A program made the position numbers and the translations under genes. From the NCBI GenBank assembly GCA_039588295.1, contig JBDHAB010000009.1:22603-86602 (forward strand): a stretch of 64,000 nucleotides of DNA. The letters are read 5' to 3'. Positions 38,007 through 46,459 of the stretch are shown piece by piece. Origin of the DNA: Gemmatimonadota bacterium (GTDB lineage: Bacteria; Gemmatimonadota; Gemmatimonadetes; Gemmatimonadales; GWC2-71-9). The first letter of the stretch is position 1; each line of letters opens with the position of its first letter. The notes beneath the pieces were generated by a model that was given only the letters and a program-made list of their open reading frames with translations, did not search any database and had not been told where the DNA came from.

Positions 38007-39208
38007 GCCTCTCCCGTCGTACCTTCCTTGGCGGTGTGGCGGCCGCAGCGCTTGGGGAACCGGGCCAGCTTCCTGCCCGGACCGGGCACACTGCTGCAAC
38101 GACTGACCGGTTCGACCCGTGGCTCGAAGTCGATAGTGCCGCCCTGCGCTACAACGTCAGGGTGGTTTCCCGCTTGGTGGGCGGCCGGCCGATCATGGCG
38201 GTCGTCAAGAACAACGCCTACGGACTGGGGCTCACGACCGTGGCTACCGCGATCGAGTCGCTTCCGGAGATCATGGGGTTCGCGGTGGTGCGGACGGCGG
38301 CGGCATTGGAGTTGCGCGAAGCCGGCGTCCGGAAACCTGTGTTGCTGATGGGACTTTTCGCGGACGCTGACGGGGCGGCGCTGGTCGCCCGGGGCATCCA
38401 CCTCAGCCTCTGCACCGACGATGCCGGGGAACGCGTCGCCCGAGCCGTCGAACGGGCCGGCCGCCCCGCGCACGTACACCTGTACGTCGACACGGGCATG
38501 AGCCGGATGGGTGTGCCGTATCACCGGGCGCTGTCCTGGGTGCTCGACGCCGGCCGGCTCGAGGGTGTGCACATCGAAGGGATGTTCACGGCGTTCACCG
38601 AGGATCCCGAGTTCGACCAGGAGCAACTCCGACGCTTCACGGCGCTGGCCGGTGCAGCCCGTGCGCGCGGCGCGAATCTAGGTCGTCTGCACGCCGCTTC
38701 CTCCGCCGGGGTATTCAACTTCAGTGAGGCGCACCTCGATCTGGTGCGACCCGGCATCGCGCTCTTCGGCGCCTACCCGAGCGATGCGGCGACCGAGCGC
38801 ACCATCGCTGAACTCCGGCCTGCCGTGCGGCTCCGCGCCCGCGTCGTGCGAGTGGAGCAACTCCGCCCTGGCGACAGCGTGAGCTACGGCCGCAGGTATG
38901 TGGCCTCGGAGCCAACCTGGATCGCGACGCTTCCGGTTGGTCACGCGGATGGCTACCCGCGCGCTGCGGTGAGCGGTAGCGTGGTGCTGATCAACAGCCG
39001 GCTGTACCCAGTGATCGGCGCTGTGAGTGCGAGCCACACCATCGTGAACGTCGGCAGCGAGCGCACTGCCGCGATCGGCGACAGTGCGACGCTCCTGGGT
39101 CCGGACGACCCCGCGATTCACCCCAACGCGCTCGCGACCACGGCGGGCGTGTCGGTGTACGACGTGCTGATGCACCTCAACCCAAGGCTGCCGAAAGTCA
39201 CGGTGTGA
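38003..39208 (+). CDS. Alanine-racemase-family PLP enzyme with a twin-arginine signal
   Basis: SRRTFL Tat motif; AVVKNNAYGLG, VDTGMSRMG, RPGIALFG, VSYG and GHADGY. Confidence 0.88.
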   Translation: MSLSRRTFLGGVAAAALGEPGQLPARTGHTAATTDRFDPWLEVDSAALRYNVRVVSRLVGGRPIMAVVKNNAYGLGLTTVATAIESLPEIMGFAVVRTAAALELREAGVRKPVLLMGLFADADGAALVARGIHLSLCTDDAGERVARAVERAGRPAHVHLYVDTGMSRMGVPYHRALSWVLDAGRLEGVHIEGMFTAFTEDPEFDQEQLRRFTALAGAARARGANLGRLHAASSAGVFNFSEAHLDLVRPGIALFGAYPSDAATERTIAELRPAVRLRARVVRVEQLRPGDSVSYGRRYVASEPTWIATLPVGHADGYPRAAVSGSVVLINSRLYPVIGAVSASHTIVNVGSERTAAIGDSATLLGPDDPAIHPNALATTAGVSVYDVLMHLNPRLPKVTV

Positions 39209-39215
39209 GGCTGGC

Positions 39216-39809
39216 ATGATTGCCGTGCGGATCCTGGCGTTGTCGTCTGTAATCTTGGCTGCCGTGCCGGCCGGCCCGGCAACGAGCCAGCACGCTGTGC
39301 CGATGCCGGTCTCGCGTCGCGCGTCGCACCTCATGCGCACTGTCATGCAGGAATCCGGCACGGACACGATCAAGGTCGATACCGGCTCCTTCACCGTGGA
39401 GCTTCGCGACAAGGAGTTTCTCGCCATCATGGATGGTGGGATTCACGGGGTATCGGGCCACCGGGTTGTCGTATCGACTTACGGGGTAGCGCGGTGGGAG
39501 CGGACGGTCGACTCGGTCGATCCGCAGGGAGAATCCGGCAGCGGACTGACCCGCTTGTCGAACCGCGATCGCGACCAACTCGCTGAGTGGGCGGACCGGG
39601 CGTGGGCGGCCGCGCGCTCGGAGGGAGGTCGCGCCAATCTCTCCAAGCCATCGTTCCCGCCAGAAGTACCTCGCTGGGTGTGGGCCATTGTGGTGCGGCG
39701 TGGGGACGACGTCGGGATCGTGGTAGGCAATGACAACGCGCCCAAGGAATTCCGGCCAATCCTGGAGTGGCTGCGGGAGAACGTGGATGGGTGGGTGTTG
39801 GGGTCGTGA
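39216..39809 (+). CDS. Hypothetical secreted protein
   Basis: 197-aa ORF with a signal peptide, 7 bp after the racemase stop. Confidence 0.6.
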   Translation: MIAVRILALSSVILAAVPAGPATSQHAVPMPVSRRASHLMRTVMQESGTDTIKVDTGSFTVELRDKEFLAIMDGGIHGVSGHRVVVSTYGVARWERTVDSVDPQGESGSGLTRLSNRDRDQLAEWADRAWAAARSEGGRANLSKPSFPPEVPRWVWAIVVRRGDDVGIVVGNDNAPKEFRPILEWLRENVDGWVLGS

Positions 39810-39819
39810 TCGCCCGCCG

Positions 39820-40077
39820 ATGCCGGTCAGTGGCTCAGCTACTCGGCAGCAAAGCTGTTGGGCGAGATGCGGGAAGCGGGCAGTCCTGGTTCTGGTCCAG
39901 CAAAGCGACGGCCAGTTTCGTGCCACAGCGCCGCAGCTGCCAGAGTTGGTAGTCGAGGGGCCGACTGCCGAAGAGGCGGTAAGACAGATTCGCGATACCG
40001 TGATCGCGGAGCGACTTGGGCTTGAAGCCCGTGGTGAAGAGATCCCAATGTCAAGAGTGAACGCCATATACGCCTAA
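39820..40077 (+). pseudogene. HicB-like antitoxin, orphan and possibly frameshifted at the 5' end
   Basis: VLVLVQQSDGQFRATAPQLPELVVEGPTAEEAVRQIRD...RGEEIP fits the HicB N-domain pattern. The nearest ATG (39867) is out of frame and no hicA was seen. Confidence 0.6.
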
Positions 40078-40211
40078 CAACCTAACCGCACCTCTTTCAG
40101 GACGTGTCGTCGTCGAATCTTGTTCGGTAAAGCATCGCCTGCTACGGTGTTGCGCTATCCGAGGCAGTTTCTTCGGCTGAGACTCCGGTCGTCGATGCGG
40201 TGGGAATACCC

Positions 40212-41423
40212 TTACAGAGCGAAATCTCCGCCCAGCAAGAACCCGCAGTCCCTGGTGGACTTGGGTACGGATCCGTCGAGCCTCTGACTTTTGACGCAGT
40301 TCAGTCCAACGACGAGCCCCAAGTCTTTCCAACGTCCGAACGATATTCCCAGAACCAAGTCGTCCAGGAGACCGCCCGGAAGTATGTTGGTCCCCAATGC
40401 GAGTCCTAGTGAAGGAAACGACCGCCACGGGAGCCTCGGCTGCAAACCGTGAAAAGGATAAAACTGACCGAAGAGGTACAGCGCTTGTCTGAGGTCCGCC
40501 CCCCTTGACACCAGAGCAGTGTCCTTGTATTCGCGCGTTGCGGCCCAAGTGGTGACGGCGGCTCCAAGACTTACGCCAAAGGGCGACCCCGAGTGGTTGC
40601 CGAAGCTGTAATGGATGCCTCTGGCGCTGTCGCCGAAGAACTCTACGCTCGGCGCCACACGACGAAAGGAAATCCTGTTTCGTGTGTTCTCCGATAGCGA
40701 AAACCGGTGCATTGCCACGTACAACGCGAGCGTATCTCCCGTGGTATCCGTCGTCTTCCCCAGAAGACGCAGGTGAAGTCCGACAGTGGTGTCCCGAGTA
40801 GCTGCAGGGTCCGACGGGGTCCGGCCTCCAATGAGGGATTTGACGAGGGACACGAGGACTCGGTCCTTCTTGTACTCCAGAGAAGTCAGTGTTACCTCGA
40901 TACCGGCGCCTCCGGCTTCGGTCGTGGTGGTGGTAGTCGTTATGGTGTGCGCGGTATCAGCCTTGATGAGGGCAGTATCACTTTGGCCACCGGTTGTGTC
41001 CTTCCTGCTTTCAATAGTGACTCTCATTGTCGAATCTGTCGTGACGCGTGGCGGCCGGTGGAACGGACTCTCGGAGAAGACTAGCAGCCAGAGATGCCTC
41101 TTGCCGGGCAGCTCGTGTTGAAGCTTGCCGTCAAGTATCAGTCCCTGTCTGGTTGTACTGTCCTTTCTGATGAACACCACGAAGTCGGACAGCGACGAAT
41201 CAAACATGCTACCGAAGTACTTCTCGAGCACTGGGTTCCAGTTTGGCACCGTATCGCCGTCAACAATCGTGTCGCGTCCCAAGAGTCCGTGTAGATGTCT
41301 GATTCCCGCGGCATCAAACGCCGGCGTGGTGCCTGTCTTAAATGGCGGTGCGCACCCGACCAAGATCCATAGATACACTGTGACCGCGACAACCGGGCGA
41401 GAAACGACGGTCTTGAGTCGCAT
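40212..41423 (-). CDS. Hypothetical lipoprotein or outer-membrane-associated protein
   Basis: AGGAGG RBS, signal ending LVGC, Thr-rich linker and amphipathic beta-strand C-terminus. Visibly less GC-biased than the flanks. Confidence 0.7.
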   Translation of the reverse strand: MRLKTVVSRPVVAVTVYLWILVGCAPPFKTGTTPAFDAAGIRHLHGLLGRDTIVDGDTVPNWNPVLEKYFGSMFDSSLSDFVVFIRKDSTTRQGLILDGKLQHELPGKRHLWLLVFSESPFHRPPRVTTDSTMRVTIESRKDTTGGQSDTALIKADTAHTITTTTTTTEAGGAGIEVTLTSLEYKKDRVLVSLVKSLIGGRTPSDPAATRDTTVGLHLRLLGKTTDTTGDTLALYVAMHRFSLSENTRNRISFRRVAPSVEFFGDSARGIHYSFGNHSGSPFGVSLGAAVTTWAATREYKDTALVSRGADLRQALYLFGQFYPFHGLQPRLPWRSFPSLGLALGTNILPGGLLDDLVLGISFGRWKDLGLVVGLNCVKSQRLDGSVPKSTRDCGFLLGGDFAL

Positions 41424-42063
41424 GGGCACACCTCCTGGAGATTGGCATGCAGCGGTTGCAGGTTCTCGAACCGCACCTGGATTGCGAAGCGCTCGTTGGT
41501 GTTTCCCCCTCAAGCATGCATCTAATCGGTGGGCTGAGCTAGGTCTGGTGTGGGGAAGGTGGCGTGCGGATTGCGATCCTGGGTAGTTGGGGTGGACGGG
41601 GATGTGGGGTCGTGCTCAACGCAGTCTCAGCGGAGTCTCTACGCGTCCATGAAGAGGACGTTGAAAGTTCTTTGGCTTCTGCGGATGATGCGGGCTCACG
41701 AACCGTAGCGTTCGCTGATTAGGCTGGAAGGCGCCTGAACGGGCATCGCTGCTCCGCTGCCTAACCGGCCCTCGGAATTAGGGTTGCGGCCGCACGCGCT
41801 GCAATCTGTCGTGGACAGCCTGCGCTCGCGCCGGTCCCGATGACGATCCTTGACCCGGCGGTCTAGGCGGGTCCTCCGCCCGGCCTCGCCCAATGTCCCA
41901 AGAGTGTATGCTGCTGCCCCATGGACAATCTTGCGAGTAGCCGTACCGAACGGAACATTAGACATCGGGTCAGTGTGAGCGCCGACTTGGGGAAAAGGAG
42001 TCCGTCCACCGAAGCGCCGGTCCCGTCGCCGGAGTCGGCGAGTAGCCGTGGGTGCCGTTGGGA

Positions 42064-42348
42064 ATGATCCGAGTCCTTGTCGTAGAAGAGCTCCGGCTGC
42101 TCCGAGAGACTCTCGGGCAGGTGCTCAACGAGCGAGTTGACATCGCCGTGGTGGGTGCCGCGGGGAGCCCGGCCCGCGCGCTAGCAATGGTGCAGGATCT
42201 AGATCCCCATGTGGTGTTGGTGGGCATGCGAATGCCCGAAAGCCAAGCGCTCATCCGCGACATCCTCTCCACATGTAGCAACGCGAATGTCGTAGCGTTG
42301 GGCGACTGCGACACGAAAGCCCACGGCACGGATTCAGCCGGTCGGTGA
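42064..42348 (+). pseudogene. Truncated NarL-type response regulator receiver fragment
   Basis: MIRVLVVEE...VVGAA...PHVVLVGMRMP. The phospho-acceptor Asp position is Gly, and the ORF ends after beta4 with no HTH. Confidence 0.6.
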
Positions 42349-42364
42349 GCCCATCACTCGGGAG

Positions 42365-42715
42365 TTGCCTCCGACGGTGAAGCCTGGCCGCCCGAGCCGT
42401 CCGTCCAAGCCCGGTGTGGGTCAGACACCACGTGTGCCGGTGGAGAAGATCGATGGCATCGGGCCGAGTCGCGCGGAGCTACTTCGCCAGAGAGGGATCA
42501 AGACTGTGGAGGCATTCAGGAAGACGCCAGCGAAGAACCTCCGTGAACTTCTGGGTGACCTTGCGATCGGTGAGATGAAGAAGCAGAGCACGAAGCTGAT
42601 CAACGAGGCGAGAAGGCGGGCTAGAATACAGGAACGTTATGGAGAAGTCTTTCCGATGCGCGGCGTCAATTTGACCGTTCCGAGGCGCAGCCTAACCGGA
42701 GGCGTCGAATCGTGA
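42365..42715 (+). CDS. Small basic helix-hairpin-helix protein
   Basis: VEKIDGIGPSRAELLRQRGIKTVE HhH motif. The stop overlaps the start of the next gene (GTGA). Start uncertain. Confidence 0.7.
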   Translation: MPPTVKPGRPSRPSKPGVGQTPRVPVEKIDGIGPSRAELLRQRGIKTVEAFRKTPAKNLRELLGDLAIGEMKKQSTKLINEARRRARIQERYGEVFPMRGVNLTVPRRSLTGGVES

Positions 42716-45195
42716 GGAACGTGCATGCCACCGCATTCATTAGGTGGCAGGGCTTCCAGTATCTCAGCAAACGGTGGACCGCTGGACCCTACTTCTACGC
42801 CAGCGGCCAGGAACGGCTGGTCCATTTGGTCGGTGAAGGTGGTACGCTCTGGGTGGTGACGAGTCACCGTGAAGAGGAAGAGCCACGGAAATACAGGCTC
42901 GCATTCAAGTTGCAGAACTGCCGGGCCACATCACCACCAAAGGAATACAGGGAGTTCGGATCCTATGCGGTCCGAGCTGAAGATGCGGTTCTGTTTCCTG
43001 AGAACGATGTGACCGCCACGCTGCTGGAGCTCCGTTTTGCCTCAGGGAGGCCTATCGCGGATCCCTCGAAGATCGGCTTGAGCCTGCTTGCCATCAGAGA
43101 ACTCGCCGATGTTGATGTTGCTCGGCTCGAGGAATTCCAGCAGCGTGCTCTCACTGGCCAAGTCGAAATCCCGCTGTCCCCATCTGTGGAGCGGGTTGTT
43201 GGTGACCTTCCGACGGGTCAGGCGGTCACCGCCTGGGAGATTCTCAAGAGACTCATCGAGCTTCACAGTGAATACGGGGAAGGGCAAGCGTCAGCCTTGC
43301 TCAACATGCCCGGACCTCCAGCAGGGACGTCGAGACCGGTCGATGAATGGATCGCAGATGTAAAGTCGCTGATTGAGCCGAGCGCCGTGACCAGACTTCA
43401 CGGCAGGCTGCTGATTCTCGGGCTTGCCAGGGTGGACGATGACCTCGGTCAATTCCTGGATGGAGAGGGATTCCTCCAGAAGGTCGAGACCGAGCTTCGC
43501 GATCCTGTCGAGCACTGCTTCAGACCACGGCCGGATGCGGCACCTCTGCACGTGGACAGTCCGGAGAACATCGACAGGCTCGGACGAGAAGTCTTCGCCC
43601 GATCCCTCGCCAAGCGGATCAAAGAAATGTGGCAAGAATATCGTGAGCAGTCTGACTCGAGCTTCGTCCTCCACCTGCACGGTCCGTGGGGGTCGGGAAA
43701 GACGACACTTTTGCGTCTCCTTCGCCAGGAGCTGGAACCCGAGCAGGTCGTTGGCGGGTCAATAGCCACACGCATCGGCCGGATCTGGCAAGGGTCGACG
43801 CTGCGTCATCTCCTACTGAGAGTGATGGGGAAAAAGACAGAACCAATGGACAAGAGGACCTCAGACTGGGTTGTAGTTGATTTCAATGCGTGGCGGCTCC
43901 AGCGCCTCGATCCGCCCTGGTGGTCACTGCTGAACTCCGTGTACACCGAGTCGCTGACCGCTTTCTCTGCCAATAGAGAGTACTGGCACGCGCGCAGAGT
44001 CCGGGCTGGGGAACTCGGGCGGCGGCTGTTTGCTGGCCGTAAGGACTTGCTCGTTGGAGCCTTAGTCTTCTTTGCCCTTGCGCTGTTGGCCTACTATCCA
44101 CTTCGGTCCCGCCCTGTTGGCTCCCAGCAGGGGCTGCTGGCAACGCTCAAGGACAATGCCGAGGCGTTGAGCGCGGTGCTGGCGCTGCTCGGCACGCTTC
44201 TCACCGCCTCGCTCGTCATGAGCCGCTCGCTCTTGTCAGGCTCATCCCAATCGGCAAAGACCTTCGTGGACCATGCCTCATCACCCATGGATCTGGTGCG
44301 CAGGCATTTCAAGAAGCTCGTCAAGGCGATTGACCGGCCCATTCTCATTGCCATCGATGATCTAGACCGGTGTCGCCGGGAGTACGTCGTGACGCTGCTC
44401 GAGGGGATCCAGACTCTGTTCAGCAACCCGCGTGTCTTCTACGTTCTTGCCGCGGATCGACGGTGGCTCCAGGCATGCTTTGAGAATTCCTACGAGGAGT
44501 TCTCGGGTAACGTGCAGGAACCGGGCTGCCGACTGGGTTCGCTGTTCTTGGAGAAGGCAGTGCAGCTCTCGGTGACTGTACCCCGGCTTTCCCCCGAAGT
44601 CCAAAAGGCTTACTGGAACTACCTGCTGAAGCCTTCTCAAAGCGTCCCTGCACGGTACGAGGACCTCCTTGAAGACGAACGCGAGAGGTTTCGGGGCGCG
44701 GATACACAAGAGAGGGTCTTTACGCTAATGAAGGAGGAGGAGTCTGACCCAGATAGGCGCCAGGCCCGCCAGCAGGCTGCGGTGGAGCAACTGGGGACGG
44801 CTGGAGTCGAGACGAGCACAGAGTACTTCCTGAGTCCCTTCGCTCCGCTACTCGATCCCAATCCCCGGTCGATGAAGCGATTCGTCAACGCCTACGCTCT
44901 TCAGCGCGATCTCGCCGTGCTCGGAGGCCTCGACATTGCGTACACTGACAAACGCAAGAAGCTGGCCCTGTGGACCTTGATTTCACTGCGCTGGCCCCTT
45001 CTGGAGGAGTATCTCATTCAGTTGGCCTCAAACGATGCGGCCGGACCTTCGGACGAGGTGCGCTCGTTGCTGCAGAGTGAATCTGTGGGGAACGTGCTCG
45101 AGGGGGAGCAGGTGAATGTCCAATTGGACATCGAGGCAGTCAAGGAGTTTGCTGCCCTTCGGGGTTCCGAGAGCACACCGGGGACGGTGGCGTGA
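42712..45195 (+). CDS. KAP-family P-loop NTPase with two TM helices and a long N-terminal extension
   Basis: Walker A LHGPWGSGKTT, VDFNAW, TM insert, Walker B IAIDDLDRC, FLEKAVQL and NPRSMKRFVN. Confidence 0.92.
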   Translation: MRNVHATAFIRWQGFQYLSKRWTAGPYFYASGQERLVHLVGEGGTLWVVTSHREEEEPRKYRLAFKLQNCRATSPPKEYREFGSYAVRAEDAVLFPENDVTATLLELRFASGRPIADPSKIGLSLLAIRELADVDVARLEEFQQRALTGQVEIPLSPSVERVVGDLPTGQAVTAWEILKRLIELHSEYGEGQASALLNMPGPPAGTSRPVDEWIADVKSLIEPSAVTRLHGRLLILGLARVDDDLGQFLDGEGFLQKVETELRDPVEHCFRPRPDAAPLHVDSPENIDRLGREVFARSLAKRIKEMWQEYREQSDSSFVLHLHGPWGSGKTTLLRLLRQELEPEQVVGGSIATRIGRIWQGSTLRHLLLRVMGKKTEPMDKRTSDWVVVDFNAWRLQRLDPPWWSLLNSVYTESLTAFSANREYWHARRVRAGELGRRLFAGRKDLLVGALVFFALALLAYYPLRSRPVGSQQGLLATLKDNAEALSAVLALLGTLLTASLVMSRSLLSGSSQSAKTFVDHASSPMDLVRRHFKKLVKAIDRPILIAIDDLDRCRREYVVTLLEGIQTLFSNPRVFYVLAADRRWLQACFENSYEEFSGNVQEPGCRLGSLFLEKAVQLSVTVPRLSPEVQKAYWNYLLKPSQSVPARYEDLLEDERERFRGADTQERVFTLMKEEESDPDRRQARQQAAVEQLGTAGVETSTEYFLSPFAPLLDPNPRSMKRFVNAYALQRDLAVLGGLDIAYTDKRKKLALWTLISLRWPLLEEYLIQLASNDAAGPSDEVRSLLQSESVGNVLEGEQVNVQLDIEAVKEFAALRGSESTPGTVA

Positions 45196-45290
45196 GTGCT
45201 GGGCAGCCTGGAGCTTCGGGCTGAACGCCAACGTCTGCCGTCATCGAACTGCAAAGGCATTCGCCTCCCAACAGGCTCCGGGAGCCTGCA

Positions 45291-46091
45291 ATGCGCGTAC
45301 TGAACCGTAACCAGTGGGGGGCTCGATCTGACCTGCCCCGTCTTGGACACTACATCGGTCCGGAACGGCGTACTGAGGTCTTCATTCACCACACGGTGGT
45401 TATTGACACGGACGAGACCACTAACGAGTGGGAGAACCTCGGCGAAGTCAGAACGCGAATGCGTCAGCTCCAGACCATTCGAAGAGCAGATCTTGGAGCG
45501 GACGTACCGTACTCTATGGTTGCCTTCTGTATGGCAGACGGAGATCTGGTACTCTGTGAAGGTCGAGGAGTCCACCGCACCGGCGCGCACACCAGGGGGC
45601 ATAATCGGAGCGCCCTCGGTATCGCTTTCCAAGGCAACTTCGAGTACCCACCGCTGCCAAGCAACCTCGACGCACAACTGCTGGAACTCGGTGACTGGCT
45701 GGGGACGCTTCGCAGAGCCCAGGGCTTTACGAACCTTGCTGTGATTCGACCGGATGACCGAGAGGTCTGGGGTCATCAGGACGTCAAGACGACGGCCTGC
45801 CCTGGCAGACATCTCTCTGCGCGGCTCAGCCTAATCCACTTTCTCGAAGAGGTCGATGATCAGATGATGGATAAGCCGACATGGAAGATGGTCCAGCGTA
45901 CACTCCAGCAACTCGACCCACCGCTATATAGGGGTCGAAAGATTGATGGGGTACCGGGACGCTACACGAACATCGCTGTTCGTGCGTTCGAAGGCCGTCT
46001 TGAACTCGAAGGGCGGGGGGTGATGGGGCCGTTAGACAATCCGGCGTCGGGAATGTGGCCTGCGACTCGCGAACTGCTCTTCGCGCAGTGA
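45291..46091 (+). CDS. PGRP/T7-lysozyme-type N-acetylmuramoyl-L-alanine amidase (Amidase_2) with C-terminal peptidoglycan-binding domain
   Basis: R.QWGA, FIHHT, PY, EGRG, GAHTRGHN..ALGIAFQGNF and GHQDV..TACPG (Zn ligands H/H/C); VQRTL...IDGVPGRYT PG-binding motif; no signal peptide. Confidence 0.9.
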   Translation: MRVLNRNQWGARSDLPRLGHYIGPERRTEVFIHHTVVIDTDETTNEWENLGEVRTRMRQLQTIRRADLGADVPYSMVAFCMADGDLVLCEGRGVHRTGAHTRGHNRSALGIAFQGNFEYPPLPSNLDAQLLELGDWLGTLRRAQGFTNLAVIRPDDREVWGHQDVKTTACPGRHLSARLSLIHFLEEVDDQMMDKPTWKMVQRTLQQLDPPLYRGRKIDGVPGRYTNIAVRAFEGRLELEGRGVMGPLDNPASGMWPATRELLFAQ

Positions 46092-46459
46092 GCCATCATG
46101 CCGTCATGGCCCGGCGTCGAAAGCGACGGTCAAAGAAGACTGACCACTCGGTCTGGGACAGTGTCCTAATCCAGTAGCCTTGTATCCCACAATGTCCCTT
46201 GCGGGAGCCAGCGACGGGCTGCTCTCTCAAAGAGTGGCTGCTGGTGCTGGGGACTCGCAGAGCTAATCTGGCTCCGGGAAGAGCACGCAGGTCCTTCAGA
46301 GTGCGGTACGGCGCGAGTTCCGAAACTCGACGATGGCGAGATCGTGTTCTCGGCCGGGAAGGGAGGTGCTAGCCCATGTCCCCCCGACGAAGAACCAGAC
46401 GCAGTTGGCCGCGCCGGCCCGCAACGAGGCACAGCGTGCGCGGACGAGGCCAAATCTAC

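Noticed and set aside
41586..42050. Short ORFs in the non-coding gaps of the island (41696-41965, and also 46166-46453)
   Set aside because: No recognisable domain or RBS, and the composition looks like random GC-rich translation.
45291..46091. Prophage lysis cassette
   Set aside because: No holin, spanin, terminase, capsid, tail or integrase genes occur anywhere in the window.
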